Of a stretch of 64,000 nucleotides of DNA, positions 28,142-36,494 are shown piece after piece (the stretch's first letter is position 1; every line of letters starts with the position of its first letter). The notes beneath the pieces are model-generated. The model saw only the letters and a list, made by a program, of their open reading frames with translations. It was not told the DNA's origin and did not search any database. A program made the position numbers and the translations under genes. The DNA lies in assembly GCA_963707655.1 (NCBI GenBank), contig OY970172.1, positions 288,001 through 352,000 of the forward strand. The letters are read 5' to 3'. The stretch comes from an uncultured bacterium (lineage in GTDB: Bacteria; Babelota; Babeliae; Babelales; Vermiphilaceae).

Positions 28142-30043
28142 ATGAAGATTATTATTTTGATCAGCATTCTACTACAATCAGTAGCTATACAGGCGGTGCA
28201 TCCCAATAGAGAGTTAACAACAAACGGGGATACATCAACGCGAAATTACGGCATATCACACAATAGTTTTGATATGAATCGTGCTCAATATATAAAAAAC
28301 ATTGCCGGCATTAGTAATCATTCTTCTTTCACGCCCTCTCACATTACATCCGGAACATCAGCCTACACGATGTTGTATGAACCGCACAAATGCGCATCGT
28401 GGCAGGTAAATGACTACTGGAATGCGGTCGTTTGGGCATTCGGGCTTAAAGCACCAGTAGACAAAAATCACTACATTCCGTTCGGGCTACGCGCGTATGG
28501 CTATACCAATGATTCGCAGATTTTGTATATTCATGACGACAATATAATCCGTGTCATGAACAATGTGAAACTCTATGATTACGATAATTTCTGGCATTTT
28601 ATCAGTAGGTTTAATTTGTATGAAGATACCCTTCAGCGAATACTTAACGATAGCACGCAACGCACATTGCTTTCTCAAAAAGCGTTGCAGAAAATGCGGC
28701 AACAATGCGCGCGCATTACGGAAAAACAACTGGCAAAAGAGCGTGAGCAACGGCAGCGTGATCATGAAAAATCGGTACGTACATACTTTCAGAAAGAGTT
28801 GCCGGATACACAAGATTCAGTTAATGAGCAACAAGAATTGCATGAAATTGCCCATACATATAATTTGCATAACAAAAATCATTATGAAACTCGTCTGGCT
28901 GCGCTTGAAGATGTGGTAAGTAATAGCAAATATACCCATGAATCATACACTCTCGATGATGATGTGATGAGCTTGCTTTCGCAGTCAGAGTGTGATTCCA
29001 AACAGTATAAAACTAATTATGGCAATCAATTGCAGCAAGTCATTCACCGTGAATGCATCGATATCATCGCGCAGACAGCGCAGCTCTCTGCGCATTCTCC
29101 TCTGTATGATTATAAAAAATCATTAGTTGATTTTACTGATTCAGCCCGTTCATATAATCAAGAGGGCATATCTGGTAAGGCGATGCAGATTAATAATTTT
29201 TGTTACGCATTACTCGATTATGGCTCGGCCATTGTTGAGGGCATTGCCTGCGGCGTTATTGGCGCAGCTAAAGACATGATTAATCATCCAGTTCAAACAG
29301 CGTTGTGCGTTGTTGCCGGTGAATATGTGTTGGCCTATCAATTACTTAAAGTTACTACCAACCTTGTCTCTATTGGCATAAACTGTGCTTTCGATAAAGA
29401 AGCTGGATCGCAACAATGGCATGATTATATTGAGCCGATAACGAGTGTGATCAGCGCTATCAGTAATAAAGAGTTGACTCTGCGAGACGGCGTTAAAGGA
29501 GCCGTTGCCCTTGGCACCGGTATGTATGCGCAAGGTAAGATGCTTAAAGGGCTGAACTCTTTTTATAAGACAACACAAGCAAAAGCTCTTGAGTTCGCTA
29601 AAAATAATCCGTTGGCAACTCCTGCTGAGTATATGACTACTCCCGAGGGAGGATTGTTTAAAGCAATAAAAAAAGCAGCACATAATCAATCGGCTTATAA
29701 TGAAAAGACATCAATAAAAGGTTTTAACGGCCTTGCTAATAAAATAAGTATGAAGGGATTGATAAAGAAAAAGCGATTACCCACAAAAGGGAAAATTCGC
29801 TATGTTCCACCAAAAAAATTACATGTATCAGAGGGATTGCCAAGGGTTCCAATGCCAGATGGCTCAGAAGGAATTGTAGATAGATTTGGCAATATATGGA
29901 CACAAGGTGAAAGCCGAACCAAGGGTCAACCATTTGAATGGGATGTTCAATTGTCTGAACAAGGCAAAAGACAACTAGGATGGATGACTCGCGATAATAC
30001 GCATCTTAATGTTAGTTTAGACGGAAGGGTTACACACAAATGA
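28142..30043 (+). CDS. Secreted polymorphic toxin with C-terminal Ntox17-like predicted RNase domain
   Basis: Signal peptide; helical stalk; hydrophobic pre-toxin-like segment; C-terminus LPTKGKIRYVPPK...DRFGNIW..G.SRT.GQPFEWDVQLS..G..QLGW..RD..HLNVSLDGRVTHK matches my recollection of the Ntox17 domain. Confidence 0.8.
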   Translation: MKIIILISILLQSVAIQAVHPNRELTTNGDTSTRNYGISHNSFDMNRAQYIKNIAGISNHSSFTPSHITSGTSAYTMLYEPHKCASWQVNDYWNAVVWAFGLKAPVDKNHYIPFGLRAYGYTNDSQILYIHDDNIIRVMNNVKLYDYDNFWHFISRFNLYEDTLQRILNDSTQRTLLSQKALQKMRQQCARITEKQLAKEREQRQRDHEKSVRTYFQKELPDTQDSVNEQQELHEIAHTYNLHNKNHYETRLAALEDVVSNSKYTHESYTLDDDVMSLLSQSECDSKQYKTNYGNQLQQVIHRECIDIIAQTAQLSAHSPLYDYKKSLVDFTDSARSYNQEGISGKAMQINNFCYALLDYGSAIVEGIACGVIGAAKDMINHPVQTALCVVAGEYVLAYQLLKVTTNLVSIGINCAFDKEAGSQQWHDYIEPITSVISAISNKELTLRDGVKGAVALGTGMYAQGKMLKGLNSFYKTTQAKALEFAKNNPLATPAEYMTTPEGGLFKAIKKAAHNQSAYNEKTSIKGFNGLANKISMKGLIKKKRLPTKGKIRYVPPKKLHVSEGLPRVPMPDGSEGIVDRFGNIWTQGESRTKGQPFEWDVQLSEQGKRQLGWMTRDNTHLNVSLDGRVTHK

Positions 30044-30435
30044 ATTGCGAACCATACATCATCATACATTGCATTGCCTGGTTTGAAGAAAGTGTTGAAG
30101 ACAGATTATTAACTATTTTAAATGTATTTGTAAAAAATAATTGGCCTGCAGCATGTGTTCTTTTGAAGTCAAGTAAGCCATATTGGAAAATAGAAGGGAA
30201 GCAGGCAATCATATATGGTCTATACAACTTTGAAATGATTACTGTTAATGACTTTATTAAAAAAATAGATGTGCTATGGCACTATACTGAATCAATGTCG
30301 TATAGTGTTCCCTATAATTACAGCTATCAAGACGAAAGCGCTATATGGGACAAAGAAGATGAATCAAAAGAGATATTCTTTTTGCCAAGTGTTAGCTGGG
30401 CACACGTGTACACTGCGCAACGAAAACACAAATAA
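30040..30435 (+). CDS. Putative cognate immunity protein
   Basis: 131 aa; ATGA-coupled directly downstream of the toxin. Confidence 0.7.
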   Translation: MNCEPYIIIHCIAWFEESVEDRLLTILNVFVKNNWPAACVLLKSSKPYWKIEGKQAIIYGLYNFEMITVNDFIKKIDVLWHYTESMSYSVPYNYSYQDESAIWDKEDESKEIFFLPSVSWAHVYTAQRKHK

Positions 30436-30536
30436 CATACAAATGAAAGCTTTTTATTATCAGATATTGGAATATAAAATGTTATTTTCAAAAACCATTT
30501 TCTTGACCTGGCTGAGAACGCCAACTTCAAAAGAAA

Positions 30537-30601
30537 AGTTGCTGAAATAGACCGATAGGGTGCACCAGTCTTTACCCATTCTTTCAATCTTGATAAATCC
30601 T
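30537..30601 (+). repeat. R1 copy 2 + R2 copy 2 (contiguous 'empty site')
   Basis: AGTTGCTGAAATAGACCGATAGGGTGCACCAG-TCT-TTACCCATTCTTTCAATCTTGATAAATCCT. Confidence 0.85.
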
Positions 30602-30627
30602 GTTTTTTTAATTAACTATTTTTCCTC

Positions 30628-31133
30628 TCATCTCAAGCATCCATTGTGCCTGCTGGCCATAATCTTTATTAGAGCTATTTTTTTGATTTCCTCTAGCCGT
30701 TGTTGAAATTGGTCATCAAAAACTTTAGCGGCTAGTTTACAATAATCACGAAATTCTCTGTGCTTTTCGCGTTGCACCGCTTCGATTAGAATGTCTTGAA
30801 TCTCTTTTATTTGAGTTTTGCTCAAGGGGCATTGTTTGAGCAATTGAGCAAGGCTTGCTTTTATGAAGCCAGAGCGAAAACAATACGGGTTAGCTTTTAA
30901 ATAAGTAATAGCAGTGTCGATGGCAGATGAATCATGTTTTTTTAGCAATGTTAAGCCATTTCTAAGCCGCCAGGAAAAGCTAAAAGATCATATCTTTCAT
31001 GAAACTCTTGTGTAGCATTGTGCCAGGCATCAGGATCTTCTTTTTTATGCTTAAACGTTGCGTCGATAGCTTTTTTAAGATTAGTAATAGTTTGTGCATT
31101 GTTTGTAATAAGAGCTATTCGATTTTTGTTCAT
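30628..31133 (-). pseudogene. Frameshifted hypothetical gene (ORFs 30951-31133 and 30628-30948)
   Basis: Adding one A in GAAATGGC joins ...AFPGGLE-NGLTLLKKHD... into a single reading frame. Confidence 0.6.
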
Positions 31134-31195
31134 ACCATCCTCAGCTTTTAGTGAAAAAATTCATATTCGATCTTATCATCTTATGTTTTCAGGCA

Positions 31196-31228
31196 ATCCG
31201 CCGTTGCTAAAGCTATGGCAGACGTAGC
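31196..31228. repeat. Bulged palindrome family copy
   Basis: TCCGCCGTTGC-TAAA-GCTATGGCAGAC. Confidence 0.7.
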
Positions 31229-31230
31229 TG

Positions 31231-32850
31231 CTATGAATCTTGCGATGGGCGATCGCTTTTGAATGGTATATCAAATCTTTTAAAAAGTAATTCTGCAGGA
31301 ATTTCAGGGGTGTATACTTCTTCTGGGTTTATAGCAGTATAAGGATGGTCAAGCAAAGCCTCTTTAAGCATTTTATCGAGGTCATTTTGACTGAACTCTA
31401 TCTCTAAAGCGATTTTCTTTTCCGCATGAGCATTATATCCTGATAATGTTACTACGCATCCTGTGCTCCCCGGCTTTGGATTTTTATGTAAAACCAGGTG
31501 ACAATTTTTGAGCTGGGTTCTTTTTTCTTGCAGCTTGAAAATGAGTGAATCTATATAAATCATGATTGATAAAACCGGCCCCAGTGGCATGAATACATAG
31601 CATATCTGCTGAAATGTTAACTCAGATGCGTCAATCTCGGCGATATGTAGCTTTCTCATTTTATCCATAATAATAATCTTTGGCAGAGAAAGATTATTAT
31701 TTTTAAAAATAAGGGGAAAGGGAATGGTAGGGCTATAAATAAAGATCCCTTTAGTATTATCAGAAATGGTCAATGGTTTTTCGCGTGTTTTGCTTTGCGT
31801 TTTAGAGATAACAACATAATCTTTTTCAATCAGACTTTTATCTAAATTTGCGATAGAAAACCATTGCGTGTTGGGTAATCTTATCTGAGGCATGTTTAAA
31901 AGAGGATTAAAATTGTTACTCATGAAATTTGCGGTGGTAAAAATAGCATAATAATTGGGTGTTGATCGGCTCTCTTTAGACAATTCGGCAAATAAATAGT
32001 CAAAATCTATTGATTGATCCAACTTCATGGCGCTCTGGGTGCCATAATTGCTCGTGCCAAAAAAAACAATGGGAAAGGAAAAGGTAGTTTGATATATACT
32101 GTTTTTGTCATTTTCAAATTGCTTCTTATCTTGCTCTTCAAATGCTTTAATTTTATTTTCACTCGCAGCATAACAAGACATACAGATCAATATTTTTGTA
32201 CGTAGTTTATACTGCAGAAAATGAGTAAATGTTTTAAATTCTTCGATAGTTGAATCGGCTATGATGTCGCGCGCGCCATGGCCAACCAGATAAACTATCC
32301 AGTCTATGACATTTGATGCATCTTCTTGTTTAGAGAAAAAGAAATTTGAAATAGTTTGTTCAAAAGAAGGGTAGATCTTTGATAGGGATGCTACGGCATT
32401 TTCGCTCACCTCGTCCCAAGTAACTTTTTTCAAATTGCCTAGTTTTATACCGTGCGCAGCGGCCGTCTCTTCCCAGTTTTTATCATACATGCAATACAAG
32501 CCATCGATTTCTCTTATAATGAAATGCTCTTTCATTATGGCGACATGTTTGCTGGCTTGCAGTTTTTTAAATACATGAATTGCTAATGATTTGGAAAACA
32601 AAATGGGGGCCGAGGGGCTGCGTAGAATAGTAAAGTATAGTTGTTTAGTAAGAGGAATAGGCTTAAGTTTTTCCGGGATTTCTTTGTTTTGACTCATGGC
32701 ATATTCTTTGTTCGTTCGATCGAGCATTATGATAATACCCTGTGTTACTTTGGTGGTTCGTATTTCTTCAATTTCAGCCGCTTTATTGCTGAACTCGAAA
32801 ATGAATATGATGAGTGTTAGCGATAGCCATGGTATACAATTGTTATTCAT
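31231..32850 (-). CDS. Secreted hypothetical protein, possible clan CD (caspase-fold) cysteine peptidase
   Basis: Signal peptide; WIVYLVGHG...KILICMSCY His-Cys dyad pattern. Confidence 0.6.
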   Translation of the reverse strand: MNNNCIPWLSLTLIIFIFEFSNKAAEIEEIRTTKVTQGIIIMLDRTNKEYAMSQNKEIPEKLKPIPLTKQLYFTILRSPSAPILFSKSLAIHVFKKLQASKHVAIMKEHFIIREIDGLYCMYDKNWEETAAAHGIKLGNLKKVTWDEVSENAVASLSKIYPSFEQTISNFFFSKQEDASNVIDWIVYLVGHGARDIIADSTIEEFKTFTHFLQYKLRTKILICMSCYAASENKIKAFEEQDKKQFENDKNSIYQTTFSFPIVFFGTSNYGTQSAMKLDQSIDFDYLFAELSKESRSTPNYYAIFTTANFMSNNFNPLLNMPQIRLPNTQWFSIANLDKSLIEKDYVVISKTQSKTREKPLTISDNTKGIFIYSPTIPFPLIFKNNNLSLPKIIIMDKMRKLHIAEIDASELTFQQICYVFMPLGPVLSIMIYIDSLIFKLQEKRTQLKNCHLVLHKNPKPGSTGCVVTLSGYNAHAEKKIALEIEFSQNDLDKMLKEALLDHPYTAINPEEVYTPEIPAELLFKRFDIPFKSDRPSQDS

Positions 32851-33098
32851 ATGAACCCCATAAAAAAGTAGATTGCTCCTTCTTTTTAACCTAGCATTGA
32901 CGAAGAGACTAAAGATAGAATATCAATCTATTATTTTAATGAAAAACCATATGTTATTGTATGTTCCTTTTAAGTGATGCAAAAATGCATCAAATGAGGT
33001 AAAATCAATTATGAGCATCGCTTATTCTTATTTTCGTGATAAAGAGACGCGAGCCGATCTGTAGAATAAAGAACAATTCATGAAAAGGGCTCAGATAG

Positions 33099-33602
33099 AT
33101 GGATTATGAAATCATAGATTATGTTGATGATAATGATTGCGTAGTTGGTTCAATACTGCGTTCTGAATATAAGACCGTCTGTCCTCCCTATCATATCCGC
33201 GGTGTTCAGGGTTTTATTAGAAATGATGAAGGCAAACTCTGGATTCCTCGCCGCACATTTACCAAAAAACTTTTGCCTGGGGGGTTGGATTCTGCTGTTG
33301 GTGGTTTTGTGCAAGCAGGTGAAACGTATGATCAAGCCTTTGCGCGAGAACTGAAAGAAGAATTAAACCTTATAGCAGAAAAGATTACGGTACAGAAAAT
33401 TGCGACATTGACCCCTTTTCAAGGGCTCCCTGCTTTTTTGCACGTCTATGAAATTCAGATGAATGAAGCCCCCGATTATAACACAGAAGATTTCTGCGAA
33501 TATGCATGGATGACTCCCGATGAAATTCTTGCGCATCTTGCCCAGGGAGCATTGGCCAAGAAAGTGTTATCGCATGTCAAAACACTGTTTCCTGACCGCT
33601 GA
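33099..33602 (+). CDS. NUDIX hydrolase (YfcD/Idi-like)
   Basis: DYVDDND, RRT..KKLLPG.LD, GGFVQAGETYDQAFARELKEEL Nudix box. Confidence 0.9.
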   Translation: MDYEIIDYVDDNDCVVGSILRSEYKTVCPPYHIRGVQGFIRNDEGKLWIPRRTFTKKLLPGGLDSAVGGFVQAGETYDQAFARELKEELNLIAEKITVQKIATLTPFQGLPAFLHVYEIQMNEAPDYNTEDFCEYAWMTPDEILAHLAQGALAKKVLSHVKTLFPDR

Positions 33603-33611
33603 TCACTATGC

Positions 33612-34205
33612 TTAGTAAGAGTATCCTATGCCCGCTCTGAAATCAAAGCCGCCGACATCATGTTTTTGCCCGCGTATCTTTTCGCGCGGAAACAAGTATC
33701 TGAATGCGCCAGTTATATCAAGGTCACCACACGTCTGATAGTTAAAGCCGAGCTCTAATTCTCCAATACCTTTAGTGCGCTTTACTCGCCCTAAATAGCT
33801 CTTTTCTTTAATGAATATCGCCCCGGCACCTAATGAGGCGTACCCTTGCAGCCCCTCATAGCAAGAATCAAACAATCGGCGTAAATAAAAGGTGAGGGGT
33901 ATTTCTCGTAAGCAGGTGCATTGTTTATAAAAGGTTGTTTTGCCTCGCGCGCGCCAATAACTTAACTTTGCACCGATGCCCCATAGCTCTTTAGGGTAAT
34001 AGCATGCATCCGCGGTTATCACGTTTTGTATCCCATGGCCATACACTTCTTTAAATATATGATCATGTTTAAAAACATAGCCGGTGGTGAAGGCGACTGA
34101 AGAGAATGAGCAGTTTTCCTCCTCTTCTTGGGCAGCTAAACAGAATGATGATGTGCAGAGAGCGGATACAGTAAAGAGGAAAATTGTAAAGATGTTTTTT
34201 TTCAT
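33612..34205 (-). CDS. Outer-membrane beta-barrel protein
   Basis: Signal peptide; amphipathic strands; YASLGAG; C-terminal FRAGIGYSY beta-signal. Confidence 0.7.
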   Translation of the reverse strand: MKKNIFTIFLFTVSALCTSSFCLAAQEEEENCSFSSVAFTTGYVFKHDHIFKEVYGHGIQNVITADACYYPKELWGIGAKLSYWRARGKTTFYKQCTCLREIPLTFYLRRLFDSCYEGLQGYASLGAGAIFIKEKSYLGRVKRTKGIGELELGFNYQTCGDLDITGAFRYLFPREKIRGQKHDVGGFDFRAGIGYSY

Positions 34206-34213
34206 TTTCGTTC

Positions 34214-35962
34214 CTAGTTTTGATTAAGTGATGCTAGCCACATTCTTTCATAGGCGGTGTTAAGAGCACCGTCAGGATATATTGCCATGACTCTATAATC
34301 TTTATAGTAATTGGGGGTCGCAAATGACCAGGTGTTGGTACCTTGTGAATCGGTGAAGGTGCCGCCGAGTAAAACATCACCGCCAAAAATATATACTTTT
34401 GATGGGTTTTGCGCCGTGCCGGATAGAATGGCCCCTTGTGAGGTTCTATTGACATAGTGAAGAGTAGTTGGTGTCAACGCCGGCCCTCCTATGTAGCGGG
34501 CGATTTGCGCAATAGTGTATGCTGAATTTGAGCCGACAGCAACAATTCTGCCATTTTGCTGCAGCGCACCGCTAAAGGCAACTGCTCCGGGTGGCGCTTC
34601 CACAATGCCTGCTGTGCCGAATGAGGTATCAAGGGTGCCATTGCTGTTATAGCGTATTATTTGAAATGTTGGACCCTGGTCACTCGGTAGACCAACAAGA
34701 ATGATTTTTCCGTCAGGCTGTAAGAATGCATCGTTCATAATGCCTGTGGGGCCAGTAATTACGCCGCCACCAAAAGTAGTATCAAGAGAACCATCAGTAT
34801 TAAATCGTGCTAGCATAATGCTCAGGCCCAATGTGTTGCCTGCTACAATTATTTTTCCGTTCGGCTGCAGAAGTAAGCCTGACCATAAACCTGCTGGAGC
34901 TGCCCCCGCAATAAAGCTAGGATCAAGAGTGCCATCAGTGTTATAGCGTACCAAGGTTAAATCAAAAGTGCTGCTATTGCCGGAAACAATGATTTTACCA
35001 TCGCTTTGGATTTGTACGGCTTGGGCAAATTCCTCAGGTCCACTTTCAAATACGATATCAATGCTGCCATTGCTGTTATAGCGCACAACTTCAAATAATT
35101 CGGTATCGTTATTGGTGCCGACAAAGAGAATTTTGCTATCTGTTTGTAGCGTAAGCATGCTGCCAACGCCGACGGGTCCAACTACAGAACCACCGCTAAA
35201 TGTTGTATCAATCGTGCCATTGGCGGTATACCGAATCATTTGAAAATTTTCAGATAAGGAATCTGTTCCACCTATGATAATTTTTTCATCAGGTTGTATG
35301 ATGATGGTGAAGCCAAATATTCCCGTTGTATCGGTAACAATACCGGCGAAACCAAAAGATGAATCAAGCGTTCCGTCGATATTGTATCGTATTGTTACTG
35401 TTGCCCCGTTATCATTCGGTCCAACGGTCACAATTTTTCCATCGGGTTGAATGGCAGATGCAAATGCAGAAAAGGCGCTTGGGGGAGTAGCTACAAATCC
35501 TGCTCCATTGCCAAATGATGGATCAAGGCTTCCGCTCTGTAATTGTGAATATGCTTGATTCGCAGAAGCAGTAAGTAGTATTTGTGTGGCTGAAAAAGCC
35601 CCATTTCTGAGCAAAAATTCTATCATAAATTTAGCATTCACGGGATTGCTGATCGCCGCTCGTAATGGGGTAACGCCAGCAGTATTAGGTGTATTTACAA
35701 TTGTTGCAAAAGCAGGGGCATTGACGTTATATAATTGCGTAGTGAAATAGGATTGGCTGTTTTGCGCAGCGAGCATGAGCATGGTGTTTCCGTCCGTATC
35801 AGTATTGGTGATATTGGCAGAATCACTTGCATACGTGACGAGTGTTGGTGTCAGATCGCTTGTTACGATATCGTTGATAATATTAGGCGGCAGCGGTGCG
35901 CTTTCAGATGTTGCATGGGCGAATACTAAGCAGCACAGAATGTTTTTATACCATTGCTTCAT
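34214..35962 (-). CDS. Secreted protein with N-terminal ankyrin repeats and delta-60 repeats
   Basis: GNTMLMLAA and GVTPLRAA; about 7 repeats of IQPDGKI...G...RYN.DG.LD.SFG. Confidence 0.85.
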   Translation of the reverse strand: MKQWYKNILCCLVFAHATSESAPLPPNIINDIVTSDLTPTLVTYASDSANITNTDTDGNTMLMLAAQNSQSYFTTQLYNVNAPAFATIVNTPNTAGVTPLRAAISNPVNAKFMIEFLLRNGAFSATQILLTASANQAYSQLQSGSLDPSFGNGAGFVATPPSAFSAFASAIQPDGKIVTVGPNDNGATVTIRYNIDGTLDSSFGFAGIVTDTTGIFGFTIIIQPDEKIIIGGTDSLSENFQMIRYTANGTIDTTFSGGSVVGPVGVGSMLTLQTDSKILFVGTNNDTELFEVVRYNSNGSIDIVFESGPEEFAQAVQIQSDGKIIVSGNSSTFDLTLVRYNTDGTLDPSFIAGAAPAGLWSGLLLQPNGKIIVAGNTLGLSIMLARFNTDGSLDTTFGGGVITGPTGIMNDAFLQPDGKIILVGLPSDQGPTFQIIRYNSNGTLDTSFGTAGIVEAPPGAVAFSGALQQNGRIVAVGSNSAYTIAQIARYIGGPALTPTTLHYVNRTSQGAILSGTAQNPSKVYIFGGDVLLGGTFTDSQGTNTWSFATPNYYKDYRVMAIYPDGALNTAYERMWLASLNQN

Positions 35963-36167
35963 TCAAAATTCCTTCTTTCTTTAACGGTCGGGATTTTAAA
36001 ACTTCCGTTAATCTATCGCATCTCTTTATGCATTTGCAACATATTTAATTTCTGAACTTGTTTTATGGCCAAAGAATGAGACAAGAAGAAAATGAGAATT
36101 TTTTTAGCGTGATACCAGAAAAATAGTGTCAAAAAAACGAATTAAGGTACAATAATTAATATTTTTG

Positions 36168-36265
36168 GCGCCCGTAGCTTCCTCCTATGCTTATCCATGC
36201 CCGGTGCTCTTTGAAGGAGCACTGTTTTCGGCTTGGCAAGCTACGGCGGACAGGACGCAACGGGA
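36168..36265. repeat. Nested palindrome family copy upstream of tRNA-Arg(CCT), starting with a 12-nt match to the tRNA 5' end
   Basis: GCGCCCGTAGCT-TCCTCCTATGC-TTATCCATGC-[GTGCTC..GAGCAC]-CGGCTTGGCAA-GCTACGGCGGACAGG..ACGGG; inverted homolog of 27641-27693. Confidence 0.8.
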
Positions 36266-36273
36266 TCCTCGCT

Positions 36274-36301
36274 TTGAAATAAAATGAACGAGAGATAAAA
36301 T
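36274..36301 (+). promoter_or_regulatory. Putative sigma70 promoter of tRNA-Arg(CCT)
   Basis: TTGAAA-16 nt-TAAAAT. Confidence 0.55.
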
Positions 36302-36310
36302 GATTAGTAT

Positions 36311-36387
36311 GCGCCCGTAGCTCAGATGGATAGAGCGATAGATTCCTAATCTGTAGGCCATGGGTTCGAATCCCGTCGGGCGCACCA
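36311..36387 (+). tRNA. tRNA-Arg(CCT)
   Basis: GCGCCCGTAGCTCAGATGGATAGAGCGATAGA-TTCCTAA-TCTGTAGGCCATGGGTTCGAATCCCGTCGGGCGCACCA. Confidence 0.96.
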
Positions 36388-36494
36388 CTCTTCGTCTATT
36401 CGGGCCATCAGCCCCTGTATCGGCGAAGCATTCTCCCTTATAATTTTCTGAAGTTATTGAGGTTATTCATGTTTATTGTGTTATTAAAAACATA

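Noticed and set aside
23976..31230. CRISPR array interpretation of the repeats
   Set aside because: Copies are irregularly spaced, variable in sequence and orientation, have no uniform spacers, and no cas genes are present
24175..36310. Prophage or classical integron/ICE
   Set aside because: No integrase, phage structural or conjugation genes recognised; the palindromes lack clear attC RYYYAAC/GTTRRRY ends
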